Both the position numbers and the translations under genes were made by a program. A stretch of DNA of 62,796 nucleotides, filler included, from Stramenopiles sp. TOSAG23-3 (taxonomy: Eukaryota): NCBI GenBank assembly GCA_900128585.1. It is 7 parts of 7 records of this genome, joined end to end, with 100 filler letters (N's around TTAATTAATTAA, not from the genome) between each part and the next. Parts side by side here need not be neighbours in the genome. Positions count along the whole stretch, not along the records: positions 11,868 to 23,633 come from LT642727.1; positions 23,734 to 35,497 come from LT642728.1; 5 more parts are not named here. The stretch is one strand, 5' to 3'. This document shows, in pieces, positions 19,856-31,300 of the stretch; within the stretch, counting starts at the first letter, position 1; every line of letters starts with the position of its first letter. The notes under the pieces are model-generated. The model ran no database searches. It saw only the letters and a list, made by a program, of their open reading frames with translations, and was not told the DNA's origin.

Positions 19856-21235
19856 TTATTTTTTCTTCTTCCCCTTCTTCTTCCCTTTCTTCTTTCCAGC
19901 ACTCTTTCCTCGATCCTTTTTTTCTGCGCCCTTGGTTCCTTTTCCTTTTTTGCCCTTTTTACTTTTCGGGCGTTTTCCAACTAAACGGGCGTTTCTTCTT
20001 TGGGTCAACTCTTCGTGCGTCATTTCCATTCGCTCGTACTCTTCATTTCGCCTTTCCATCGTAGCTTCCCCAAATCGAATACGAAAGTCTTCTGCCCCAG
20101 TGGCCATATTCAAGAAAAAATTTGATACCGTCTTGGCTACTGCGGTCTGATACTGTTTCCGCTGCACGTACTCTCCAAATACACCTTGCAAATCTTTCAA
20201 AAGCCCCCCTGTCCTCATCTCATTGCTCGTGCTCTGGTTTAGGTCTTGTTGCATAGAACTGACTTTGGCAGACATCATCTCCATTCGCATCCTAGCTGCC
20301 TCTGTAGCGACCCGCATTTTGTCCGTCTTCCACTGTTGTTTAATGGACACGTTTAACATTTCATCGTATTCCTGTCTCATGAGCCGATTTTCGGCACTTT
20401 CAACATTTGCAACATCATAAAAAACTTGTAACTCCATTTCTTGGTTTGCCAGGTCTGTTGCATATTTTTCCTTTAATTCTTCGTACATACCCCTGTAGTT
20501 TCGATATCTAGACCTCTGGCCAGCCTCTCTAACGTGTGAAAGAAACATTTGAGCCCGCGTGCGCTCCAAGTCTAAAATCAACTCTTTTCGTAACTCTGAT
20601 TCTATTTTTCTCACCTCCACCAAACCTTTGAACAAATTCATAGCCCCATCATACCCTGCTTTTTTCCTGATTTGTTTCTCAGCCGCTTTTATCTTGGTTT
20701 CTTTTGCTCTAATTTGGTTTAAATAGGTCACTATCTGCGAGTCGTCGGTTGTCTCTTCTTCTGGCAGTCCAGACGTTTGAGGAATGTACACTCGGCTAAA
20801 GCCCTCCGTTGCAACTATTTCGGCGCGTTTCCACCACTGCATTGCGTAAGCTCGCGGGTCGGCTGTGTAAGAACGGACTTTTTTGCCAACAGTCCTCAAA
20901 TAGTCTATAACAATACCTTCCCATACTAAACTTAGTAAGTATTTGTAACTGTTTTCCCCACGCTGGAGATGAAGTTGGAATATTTTCGATATTTGGGTTG
21001 CTTTAGTTCGCTTCTCTCTCATTCCAAGCATGCCACATAAAATTCGTAATTCCTCGTCATTATGTAGCTCAAGCAATTGTTTCATACCCACCTGCATTTC
21101 AACGGGCACTTTTCGGTTGCGCTTCTCGTCGTCCTGGTTGGTCTTTTCCCGTCCTTGTTTCTCTGGCCATGCAGGGTCCTGCACGAGGCTGATGCCCCGA
21201 GGCTGGACGTGTTTACTAACTAGAGGACTCAACAT
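19856..21235 (-). CDS. Hypothetical coiled-coil protein with Lys-rich tail
   Basis: 459-aa ORF in coding-like composition; E/K/R/Q-rich helical heptads. Confidence 0.75.
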   Translation of the reverse strand: MLSPLVSKHVQPRGISLVQDPAWPEKQGREKTNQDDEKRNRKVPVEMQVGMKQLLELHNDEELRILCGMLGMREKRTKATQISKIFQLHLQRGENSYKYLLSLVWEGIVIDYLRTVGKKVRSYTADPRAYAMQWWKRAEIVATEGFSRVYIPQTSGLPEEETTDDSQIVTYLNQIRAKETKIKAAEKQIRKKAGYDGAMNLFKGLVEVRKIESELRKELILDLERTRAQMFLSHVREAGQRSRYRNYRGMYEELKEKYATDLANQEMELQVFYDVANVESAENRLMRQEYDEMLNVSIKQQWKTDKMRVATEAARMRMEMMSAKVSSMQQDLNQSTSNEMRTGGLLKDLQGVFGEYVQRKQYQTAVAKTVSNFFLNMATGAEDFRIRFGEATMERRNEEYERMEMTHEELTQRRNARLVGKRPKSKKGKKGKGTKGAEKKDRGKSAGKKKGKKKGKKKK

Positions 21236-21900
21236 TTTTGTTGCACTCGGCAGCCCAACCTAATGGGTTGCTCGGCTTTCCACTTAAAACAGTTTCTGAT
21301 ACACCCTGCACAGATTTCAGTACAAATGGGGTACTTACGGAATCGCAAATCGCATACTAAACCGTACGTCCGTGAGCATTCTTGTTTATTCAACTTGTTT
21401 TCCGTCCGTTCGTGCGACGCCTTCGCCGTGTGTAATATTAATATAATACCAATGGTACTTCTTGTTCCTTCCTATATTTCTTAATCGTCTTTATAATAAT
21501 ATTATTTATTATTTATTACATCATAATACAATACACCGTCGTAGTTACTGCAGTTTATGAAGCTGTGTATAGTAGTCTAATGTAATTACATAATAGGTGA
21601 ACTGGAACATACAGGTTTTATAAATGCATTAGAAAAAAATATAAATATACACATCATACAGGTTTTTTAATCATCGAGCAGAAAAAGACGTTGGAAAAGA
21701 AACATAAATTGTAAATTACATTATAATACCACAATTTCTACTATTCCGTTTCTGTTCAACGACCTTGATAATAAACTACCAACCGATCCGATCCGTGCGG
21801 TATTATTAATAAAGTTATTATTTGCTTACCTGGAACTCTATCGCTCTGTGTAATAAGCAATTTACGCATAATTGATTCAAATTGCTCAAAAAAAATAGTA

Positions 21901-23409
21901 CTATTTCACACGTCTCAGTGCACTACTCGGGCGTATTTTATTCCTGATTTTGTTATCCTGCAACCCCCCTAGCGGCTCAAAGTGAACATTTTTGTCTGGG
22001 TTTCCACTTTTTCCTCGGATCCACTCCTCCTGCCCGCTCATTCCACCATCACTGTTTCCTCCTTCGTCTGCAGACGAAGACAAGTTCGGCGTGTTTCTAC
22101 GGGTGTCGCTAAAGAGGGGTGGCAGTTTCTTTTTCTTTTTTGGGCTATTTTTAAGAATCCCATCAGGTTGTCCGGTATTTGAACTGTTCGGAGATTTTGG
22201 CATTTTATAAGGGGACCCCCGCTGGCTCTCACTCTCGTTGTCGTCCCCGTCTTCGGCGTCGGAGCGGTCAAACCATGAAGATCCTAGCCACTTTGCTGAT
22301 GAGTCCTGCTTCGCTTTCAAAAACCTGTTCATTTCCCAAAGGGTAAATACTGACATATCTTTGGGAAGATCGATGTTTGGCTGCCCGCTCTTCTTTAGCT
22401 CCAACTCAAAATCTTCTTTGTTCTTTTTCTTCATCATTCTCCAGCTGTACCGAAGAGTTCGTGCCAAAAATAGTGCCATGGAGACTGCTACGCCGCCAAG
22501 GCGGCCTTGTTGGATTGCGTCTTCGTTAAGGACATTAAACCGTGCGAGAAATGCAACAATAGCGTGTATTACTGCAACAGGAAATATCCCGGCCAAAAAG
22601 CAATCACGAATATAAATGTCCATCGCTACCAGGTACGCGACCGGCGGACGCGTGGAAGCGAGCATTAGCGATACCATCGCTACAATAGTCAACAAGAGGA
22701 GCATGAAGCCTGTGTCGGGGTCGTTGACAGCCACGGAGGTCCATGACAATAATACGCAGACGTTGGCAAATGGCATCGTGACTCTCGACGCTGCACTTGG
22801 TCGTCGGGCAACACTTAAGGAAACATCAAGGGTAGCGTATGACGAAGATGTAAACGACTCATGCTTAGGTGTCATGCCAGTTTGAATGCCGTGTGCCTCT
22901 ACTTTCCACGCCCTATTCAAAGGGATGAGCTCGCGTTTTATTCTGTTTGCTAGGTAGAAGACAGGTTGTTTTCCAAAAATTGCAATATCAATGGGATAGG
23001 TGGCCTGGATCATCAGCTTCAATTCTTGCCTATCGTAAGGGAAATCTCGCACGTCTATTGGAGAGTATGTACGAACGCGAACGTGGGTCGTCTGTTTGCA
23101 TGTTCCAAGACTTGCATTCAGGACACGAAACTTGTCGGGGCGAACGTTATGAATGTCGACTGCGTTTGCTATAAAGAACTGTCGAGGAACCGATTCCCAT
23201 AAGTCTTTCTTTGAACCTTTCTTTTTCCTTTTTCTAGTGCTCCCAAAAACTTTGCCTGAGGTTCCTGTAGTTTGTTCAGGAACGCCTTTCAGGGAAGGAT
23301 CGGAAAAGTATACTAAAACCTGCACCTCCCAAGAAAGATGTAGAAAATCGGGCTCGACGTGCACGTCTAGAACTTGAACACAAACGCTCAACTCACGTGG
23401 TTTGACCAT
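21901..23409 (-). CDS. Pentameric ligand-gated ion channel-like protein (Cys-less Pro-loop type)
   Basis: DVRDFPYDRQEL Pro-loop, pre-M1 LSVARR, four hydrophobic helices with PPVAYL..MD in the M2-M3 loop, and a disordered C-terminal tail. Confidence 0.75.
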   Translation of the reverse strand: MVKPRELSVCVQVLDVHVEPDFLHLSWEVQVLVYFSDPSLKGVPEQTTGTSGKVFGSTRKRKKKGSKKDLWESVPRQFFIANAVDIHNVRPDKFRVLNASLGTCKQTTHVRVRTYSPIDVRDFPYDRQELKLMIQATYPIDIAIFGKQPVFYLANRIKRELIPLNRAWKVEAHGIQTGMTPKHESFTSSSYATLDVSLSVARRPSAASRVTMPFANVCVLLSWTSVAVNDPDTGFMLLLLTIVAMVSLMLASTRPPVAYLVAMDIYIRDCFLAGIFPVAVIHAIVAFLARFNVLNEDAIQQGRLGGVAVSMALFLARTLRYSWRMMKKKNKEDFELELKKSGQPNIDLPKDMSVFTLWEMNRFLKAKQDSSAKWLGSSWFDRSDAEDGDDNESESQRGSPYKMPKSPNSSNTGQPDGILKNSPKKKKKLPPLFSDTRRNTPNLSSSADEGGNSDGGMSGQEEWIRGKSGNPDKNVHFEPLGGLQDNKIRNKIRPSSALRRVK

Positions 23410-23633
23410 TGCTTGACGCTTTTGATAAACGTGTTTGTTGCTAAATTATCGTGCTCCAATGCCTGTTGTCATCCACCACATGTCCAAGCAAAACATTAAT
23501 GATCCTTTTCTCCACGATTCCTAAATGTCACCTGCCTTTGTAAGTGGTCCACATGAGGGTCAACAAATGCACCAAACTATTATTATTACGAAATTATTTG
23601 ATAATATTATATTTATTAGCGAAAAAATAATAA

Positions 23634-23733
23634 NNNNNNNNNNNNNNNNNNNNNNNNNNNNNNNNNNNNNNNNNNNNTTAATTAATTAANNNNNNNNNNN
23701 NNNNNNNNNNNNNNNNNNNNNNNNNNNNNNNNN
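23634..23733. other. Artificial contig-joining linker
   Basis: N44-TTAATTAATTAA-N44. Confidence 0.97.
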
Positions 23734-23981
23734 AAAATAATACACCACACACCACACACTTTAAAAAAAAAAAGAAGAAATAAAAGAAGAAGAACCCCGG
23801 CGGAAGAACACCACCACCACGCCACACACCACGACGAACACCGCGCACTCTCCAGTTTCTGTCCGCATTTCCATTCCATTCCATTCCATTTTGATTTGTA
23901 TTTTGTTTTAATGTACGACTGAAAAGTTTTGATTTTAACTCGAGTACTACTTCAGACACCAACCAACCAAATCTACTCACC

Positions 23982-25034
23982 ATGATTAAATTGTTCACAA
24001 TTTTATTGGCTTTGCACTTTCTTTACTTTGCCCCATTCGTGGCAAACTTCGTTTTCTCCAGTTTTCCGGTCCATGAGAAAGGTGTGATTCTTGTTACCGG
24101 TGCGTCGAGCGGGATTGGGTATTCGGCTGCCGCTGCGTTGGCGGGAGCAGGGTATCGTGTTTTTTGCGGGGTCCGTAGTAAGAAAGACTTTGAACGCTTA
24201 AGGAATGGTCCAGCGTCGTTGACCCCTTTGATACTGGATGTCACCAAGCCCATCCAAGTTGACTCTGCAGTACAAGCAGTCGAAGCCTTCGCGCATGAGA
24301 ACAAGTTGCCGATAGTCGCTCTCATAAATAATGCCGGCGTCTCTAGGGAATTGCCCCTGGAACTCCAACCGATGCAGAACATCGAGTATGTCTATGGCGT
24401 AAATACGTTTGGACTCTTACGGATGACCAAAGCCTTTATACCATTGGTCCGAGAAAGCAAAGGGCGGATCATAAATATTGGCAGCGTTGCTGGACTTCTA
24501 GCTACGGCAGGCGCTAGTACGTACGCTGGCACAAAGCATGCTCTGGAAGGCATAAGCGACGCTCTGCGAAGAGAGCTTTACCACGCTGATGTCAGTGTTT
24601 CTCTTGTTGAGCCTGCATTTGTGAAGTCAAAAATATTTGAAAAGTCTATGAAGCAGCACGACCCAGTCGCCAAACTTTCCAAAGAAGAATATGACCTGTA
24701 CTCCGTACATTTTAGAAATAGAGCGATGATTGGAGAAGCAAATGTGGTCAACGCATCGCCAACTTCCGTGACGGACAAAGCAATATTGCATGCGGTGACT
24801 TCGCAACGTCCATTCACAAGGTACGTCGTTGCAAATGTGCAAGGGATCCCGGCAGAAATCCTCACAAAAGCGTTCTGGCTTCTACCTGACCGCTTGACAG
24901 ACTTCATCTTGTACCAGTCTACAAAGGGGGCTTCCGCTGTTTCATTGTTTGGAGGTGTTATCGGCGTGTTGTCGGCCTTGTTATATGCAATAATCCATAG
25001 CCTCCAAGCTGTAAACGCCTTGCTTACGTATTAA
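23982..25034 (+). CDS. Short-chain dehydrogenase/reductase (retinol/17beta-HSD-like), membrane anchored
   Basis: TGASSGIG, LDVT, NNAG, catalytic YAGTK; hydrophobic N- and C-termini. Confidence 0.92.
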   Translation: MIKLFTILLALHFLYFAPFVANFVFSSFPVHEKGVILVTGASSGIGYSAAAALAGAGYRVFCGVRSKKDFERLRNGPASLTPLILDVTKPIQVDSAVQAVEAFAHENKLPIVALINNAGVSRELPLELQPMQNIEYVYGVNTFGLLRMTKAFIPLVRESKGRIINIGSVAGLLATAGASTYAGTKHALEGISDALRRELYHADVSVSLVEPAFVKSKIFEKSMKQHDPVAKLSKEEYDLYSVHFRNRAMIGEANVVNASPTSVTDKAILHAVTSQRPFTRYVVANVQGIPAEILTKAFWLLPDRLTDFILYQSTKGASAVSLFGGVIGVLSALLYAIIHSLQAVNALLTY

Positions 25035-25487
25035 AACAGTGTGTGTCCTACTGAGCGTAAGGAATACTTAAGCATTGCGCAATGTATTTGAAGAAGAAAA
25101 GGATCGAGATGAAGAAGAAGAACGAAGAAGAAGAAGTTTTATTGTAATACCAAGGTAATAATAAAAATAAGAAAAAATAATTCAAATTTTATATCTTTCT
25201 TCCTCCTCCTCCTCCTCCTCNNNNNNNNNNNNNNNNNNNNNNNNNNNNTCTGCATCTCCTCTGCATCTCTGCTCCTTTTGACTATTAGAGGTTTACATTT
25301 CTTCATGTACCGCGAACTTATCTCTGCTTTTGTGGTTTTACTTAGCAGTGTACCCCGGTCCTTTTGATTGCGTTTTTTATTTTTGTCTTTTCCGCTGTTC
25401 ATCCCTGAAAGCGAATCAAGAGCAACAAATATGTGTCCATTGCTATAATTCGATTAATAGCAATTAATTTTTCTGCAGAGGGTATTG

Positions 25488-28133
25488 ATGGCTTCGACTA
25501 TGCCGTTGTATTCTATTAGGGAGGAAGATGCGGAGCGTTCAAGGACACACCGCTTCGGGACGCCGATAGACTATGGGACGTGGACGGGGGAATTGCCTAT
25601 AACCTGCATTGGACGATGCCAGTACCACGCGATCCACTTTGTGCTGCAGCTGATTGCCATAATTTTGGGGGTATTAACGTTTGTGTTTGCGCTCTTTTTG
25701 GTGCCGGTTGGAATGTACTGTGGGCGCCAACCGTCCTTAGTCCAGCGAAAACACTCAATTAGAAAAGCCAACGGTAAATTCATTTTTTGGGGAATGCCAA
25801 GGCATCAATACGTCTACGAGTATTTTGTGTACGGTTCCAAAGACCCAGGGGCGGATGTCCTCTTACTCATCAGCGGAGCGGGTACCCCGGGCAGTTTTTG
25901 GGTGGCACCCCCCGATGAGAACAACGTGGAAGTGTGGAGTAAAAAGTTGAACTTACGAGTTATCTGCCCGTCTAATTGTGGGCTGGGGGCAAGCACGGCG
26001 ACAGTGACGGGGCTGGTGGAGAAAGAGCAGCTGCACGAGGCTATATCTAGGGTGTTAGAGCAGGAAGGCTTGGGCAGCAAGGGTCGATTTTACCTCGCCG
26101 GGTTTTCCCAGGGATCACACGTTTCGACGTTGATCGCAGAAAGTTTCGGGTCAAGGGTGAAAGGCGTTCTACTGATGTGCCCGTACATGCCGTTTCCAAA
26201 AGCGCACGAAGTGTTCTGCAACGGGAAAAAATGCGAGGGGGACGATTATTTAAATACATCGCTTGCTGACAACCCCATGCACATGATGATGGACCTTTTG
26301 CCTCTCACCACTATCTCCTTTTTTCTTACCCAAGCCCTGCCTTTGCTGAAACACTCCTATGCACTTTTCAGCACGTTCACGTCCGGTCGTATGATTTTTG
26401 CCTGGGGGGATGATATTTTGGCAGCCCTGCAGCGGCTGGATGCCGAAGGGACCAGCTACGTCGTGGATGCCTTTTTGAAAGGTTATGAACGGAGCAAAGA
26501 GCTGAATATATATGGCGAAAGTCAGATTATGGGCTTTGGAAAACCTGGTAAAATATCACAGAATGGAAATATCCCAGTCATCGTTGCCACGGACCGGAAT
26601 GTCACGGAAATTCCCGACTTAGTATGCGCCAGTCGGTATTCATGGTGGTGGGTAGAAAACATTCCAGGTGCAAAACTAATTTGCGCAAATAAAGGGTACG
26701 GACACATGACACCTGCCCTGTACTTAAATGAGTTAATGACGCACACTGTCCAAGAGTTTCGGAGTAGGCAGGGAGAGTCCAAGTTGGGACCTGAAGAGCA
26801 AGGGGTAAAATCGCCCAGTGGCAGTTCCGGCACCGTCCCGACTTTAGTGATGAGCGCTCGCTCTGGAACTAGCGCTCGATCGCGTTATCGTCAAAGGCGG
26901 GATGTATGGCAGTGGACAGACCATTTGCGAATCGCCGCCCCGGATACGGACAAAAACACACCGATTCCTTGGGTTCGGAGGAGGCAAGGCGACGTATTCC
27001 GATCTTCGTTTGAAGATTGGTATATCTTGTGCTATATTTTTCGGCTGCACTTTGGTTTTGCATTTCTTGCCGCACTCTTTGGGTTGTCGTATAGCTACAC
27101 ATCGTACACAATATGGCAAACCATTGGGGTTCCCCTTGTGTTCTCGGCCGTTGGAGCAGTAGTTTTTGGGCCGATGTTGGTCCTATTGATAGCAATGTGT
27201 GTTGTGAACCTTCAGCCGACGTCGCCCCTCAAAGGTGTCTTCAACACGGCCCAAGTCATTGTTAACGGGGGATCGGAGGCGTCCCAAAAGATGGAACGAA
27301 CGCTGTCGTTTAATACAACTTGGGGTGTCCAAGGGTACTTACTCTTCTTCGTGTTCATCGGGGCAAACGTGATGTTTCTTTTGGTTGACGAGAAGGGCCT
27401 TGGTGGCGCGGTGCCGAATTGGCTTTTTGCGTGGCACATTTTGGGAACAGCGACGTTCGCTTTCGTGGCAGTGCACTTGCTGACATCAATGGGCCAGGGC
27501 GTGCGCTGCATCGAAGCCGCAAATGCAGAAATAGTGTCTAAGATGCGCACTTGGCAACCAGACGGGGGAGAATCCGAAATTAGAACGTCTACCTTGTCAC
27601 AGATTGCCTCCCAGGTATCCCTTTTGGACGAAGACTTGGTCGAGAAGCTATCGGAGGCATTTGCATCGACTGTTCATGCTGTTCTTTTCAGTACATTTAG
27701 TTTCATTGGCGCCTTGGTTGTCTTTGTCTTGGAAGATCAAACCAGCCTCTCTCCTTACACCCAGGCAGGTGTAACAATGATATGCGTACTGTTTGCCATG
27801 TGCTGCCTTACTGCAAAGTCTTTGGGTAGCATGGCAAAGGCCAGCTCATCGTGCTCTGTACTTCCAAACGTCGCCAATCGACTTCGGTTGCGAATGGTCG
27901 AGTACTACGAAGATGAAGGGCTCGCCGAAGGGTTCGATAAAAGAGAAATGGAAGTTGCCTTCAAACGCGTCGATGCCCTTTGCAGCGGTATTAGCGCGCA
28001 CCCTATTGGTTTTCGATTGTCTGGTTTCGTAGTTACCCCAGCATTGACCATATCCGTCTTGTACAGTGTTGCCGGTGCATTGTTTCTGATTCTTGCAAGA
28101 GGAAATGGATCCTCTAGTAGTAGTTCCAACTAA
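25488..28133 (+). CDS. Alpha/beta-hydrolase fused to a C-terminal multi-pass membrane domain (gustatory-receptor/7TM-ion-channel-like)
   Basis: Nucleophile elbow LAGFSQG and probable catalytic His in GYGHM; C-terminal region with about 6-7 hydrophobic segments ending HPIGFRLSGFVVTPALTISVLYSVAGALFLIL. Confidence 0.7.
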   Translation: MASTMPLYSIREEDAERSRTHRFGTPIDYGTWTGELPITCIGRCQYHAIHFVLQLIAIILGVLTFVFALFLVPVGMYCGRQPSLVQRKHSIRKANGKFIFWGMPRHQYVYEYFVYGSKDPGADVLLLISGAGTPGSFWVAPPDENNVEVWSKKLNLRVICPSNCGLGASTATVTGLVEKEQLHEAISRVLEQEGLGSKGRFYLAGFSQGSHVSTLIAESFGSRVKGVLLMCPYMPFPKAHEVFCNGKKCEGDDYLNTSLADNPMHMMMDLLPLTTISFFLTQALPLLKHSYALFSTFTSGRMIFAWGDDILAALQRLDAEGTSYVVDAFLKGYERSKELNIYGESQIMGFGKPGKISQNGNIPVIVATDRNVTEIPDLVCASRYSWWWVENIPGAKLICANKGYGHMTPALYLNELMTHTVQEFRSRQGESKLGPEEQGVKSPSGSSGTVPTLVMSARSGTSARSRYRQRRDVWQWTDHLRIAAPDTDKNTPIPWVRRRQGDVFRSSFEDWYILCYIFRLHFGFAFLAALFGLSYSYTSYTIWQTIGVPLVFSAVGAVVFGPMLVLLIAMCVVNLQPTSPLKGVFNTAQVIVNGGSEASQKMERTLSFNTTWGVQGYLLFFVFIGANVMFLLVDEKGLGGAVPNWLFAWHILGTATFAFVAVHLLTSMGQGVRCIEAANAEIVSKMRTWQPDGGESEIRTSTLSQIASQVSLLDEDLVEKLSEAFASTVHAVLFSTFSFIGALVVFVLEDQTSLSPYTQAGVTMICVLFAMCCLTAKSLGSMAKASSSCSVLPNVANRLRLRMVEYYEDEGLAEGFDKREMEVAFKRVDALCSGISAHPIGFRLSGFVVTPALTISVLYSVAGALFLILARGNGSSSSSSN

Positions 28134-28389
28134 CTTTACAAGTTGTAGTTTGCATAGTGGCATTTTATTATTTAAATCATATTTTGTTTTTAAAAAATCA
28201 TATTAAGCTTATATCGTGTGTGTATGTTAATTACGAAAAGTATTTTGGTTTTTAATTACCTCGAAATGTAAACCTTGAATGTTCGCAGTTCATGAAGGAA
28301 TGCAAACCTAGAATGTCTAAATCTAGATTTCAGTTCGCAGTACATTACTTTTTAAATTTTACTTAAAATAACAGCCAATTTTCTTGTTT

Positions 28390-31300
28390 TTAATTACAAG
28401 AATCACAAAGTACTATATAATTTGTTTTTTCATATATATTACCTAGCCGCCACTGGGAAATTCTCGGGTTCCAACCAGAAGAATCTTTTTGGGCATCCAG
28501 AAAATCAGGGTCGTCGACTACCGATACCGCGTTGTCTGGCAACGGCGCAGTATCCTCCTCCTCCACGCCTTCGTCATTGTTTCCAGGGACATAAGGGGCT
28601 TCCAATGATTTTTCTCGCAAGTGTGACCATGGAAATTTTGTAAACATCTGGCACGACACCACATCGTCGACACCTTTAGAGCCCAGGCGCCTCGATGGCT
28701 TTGCCCTCAAAAACCTTTGAATAACCCGGCGATACGCTCCCGACAAGTCCGTCTCTACAATGTTTTTGTACTTCAGCGGTATGGATGACTTGTAATCCAG
28801 TATGTTTTCGTAAGTTTCCATGGTATCAGCACCAACGAACGGGGTTGTGCCCGTAGCCATTTCGTACATAAGTATACCCAATGCCCACCAGTCAACAGTT
28901 AGGGAGTGCCCTACGCTTAGCACCATTTCTGGCGCCATGTATTCAGGAGTCCCGCATTGCGTGTAAGTGCGGTTGGTTTTCTTGGCGAGTCCAAAGTCAA
29001 CTAATTTTACGTAACCGACGTCATCGATGATGATATTCTCTAGCTTCAGATCGCGATATGCAATTTTTCTTGAATGTATCACCCTCAATCCTTCTATTAT
29101 GCAACAAGTGTAAAAGACAGACGTGGATTCGGGGAATCTCTCCAAGTCTTGCCCATGTAAGTATTCGTATAACTCGCCACCAGAACACAGCTCTTGGAGA
29201 AGGAAAATCATCTTCTTTGTCGCAAACGCTCCGTACAAACCTACAAGAAATTTGGAACGACCGTTAAGCTCTCGTAGGGCTGAAATTTCGTTGTCGACGA
29301 GGTCTTGGCAGTCTTCTTCTGCAATATAGGTACGCTCCATGCACTTCAGGGCAAAGAACTGGCCTTTGCCACTCACAAGTTTTACTTTGCTAAATGCACC
29401 GTGACCGAGCGTTTTGTGCACCGTCAAATCAGTCAGTTTTATAGTGGGGTCTAGGTACTTCCCTTTGTCCCACTCCAAATCGTACTCTTCAAAATCTTCT
29501 TCGGAATCCTCTGAAGATGAGCCCTCCTCTGAAACATCAGACTCGTAGGTCGATTCCAACCGTTCACGGTTTGGAGATGGTGTGTCTTTGGGCGAGGCCA
29601 CGGGGGAAGATTCGTCGCTGACCGAAGGTGGTGAGGCGGGCTTGGTGTCCAAACGCGGCGGCACGGGCGCTGGCGGCGGCGAACTCTTCGATTTTGACTG
29701 CGGAAGTGAATTTTTCTTCGGGGGCCACGATGGGAGCCCTTTCTTCTTCGGGGGCCACGATGGGAGCCCCTTCTTCTTCCGATGGGAGCCCCTTCTTCTT
29801 CTTCGTGGTCTCGACGGTGGGGCCAAAATCTGCTTTCACGCCGGCTTTTGGGCTGTCCTTAGGGCTGGATTTTGGGCTCGATTTTTGCAACGACACCGAT
29901 CGCCTTGGAGCGACCAGTTCGACGTCATCATCTTTAATTGGTGATAGTGTTCCAACGGGTGAAAGTGATAGATCTGCTTTCTTCACTGGTAATTTGCTGA
30001 ACGAAAACGGCCTTCGTCTACCCTTCTTTGGATCTACTAACGGCCGAGGAGTAGAAAAAGACAGCCTTTGATCATCTTCGCTTTCTGGCGAATCGGTAAT
30101 GGATACCATAGAAAACCTGTTCGACCCGATATCGGAGTTAATACTATCAAATCTCTCCCTGGTCACTTTATCGACAATCTTGTTAGGGTCACTAGGGGCA
30201 AAATTTGCTCTCCGTTTTCGATCAGGAGTTCTCACCGTCGTTGAGTTTTCACGTTTGGCCGGTTTCGATACAACGAGAGGAGGGGGAGGGGGCAGCACCG
30301 TTTCAAGGGATGAATTACCCTCACCAGGTTTTGGCGAATCTGGTGCTTTCTGAGGGCTGCCTTCCTCGGGAACCCGGCCCAATCTTGACTGGCGCCGGAT
30401 TCTGCTCCTTAAATTTGACTTTTGAGAAGACTCTAAATTCGCACGCCTCTGAGGGCCCGTTCTGTTCTGTCGATCAAACGATACTGGCTTGGACTTGTCA
30501 AAATTCCCCATGGAAACGCGTCGTTTCGCGGCTAGGGAAGCCGACCCCTTCCCTTTAATGCTCCGATCGCGTTTTTTAGGCTTTGGGTGGGCGTCACCGC
30601 GCCCTGGCATCATCGATGCCCGCCTTTGGTTCCGGCCATCCTTCTGCTTCAGGCTATTGGCCTTGCGTTCGAGGCGTTGGCTTGGGCTTGCTAAATGCCT
30701 ACAAAAATAGGAAACGCGTTCTTCGTCTAATGCATCTCTGGCATCACCGAGGGAAATTGTCAGCAAATGGAGCTTCCCTTGTTTGGCGGACACAGTGTAA
30801 GAGTCTCCGATATCCCCCAGTTTGTTTTCAAGCTCTCGCTGCAGCGAATCTTCCCCGAAAACCTCGCCGCGAGTCAGGGTGCACGTTGTGGTATTTCCAC
30901 CACCCGAGGCTGTTGTCGAAACAAGCGCCTGTCCGCTGAGGACAATGTACATTTTCTTACACAGGGAATTCGACAACACCACTTTCCCCTCTTCCACCAC
31001 TTCGTCTTCGGAGCACGAGGACAGGCGTTTCATTTCCGAATGTTTCAGGAACTTTGATATCAAAGGGACGAACTGGAATATTCGTCGCTTCAGCAATTTT
31101 TTTCGATGCGCACTTTTCCGAGCAACCACTTGGAACTGGACCTTGCTCATGGCCCACAATATTCCAGGCGTCGACAGTGTTTTGATCGTCGCTGACCGGA
31201 TAACATCATAAAACAGAGCCTCGTGGCCGAAACAATCCCCTGGTCCTGCCCCAGCCGCGGAGTTGTTACTCGACCCAGTCGAAACGCCGATTGCACTGTG

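Noticed and set aside
28390-28480. Possible second frameshift at the kinase C-terminus (SGWNP then EFPSGG-stop in another frame)
   Set aside because: It would give a more PKG-like ending, but the existing frame is open and the sequence alone cannot decide.
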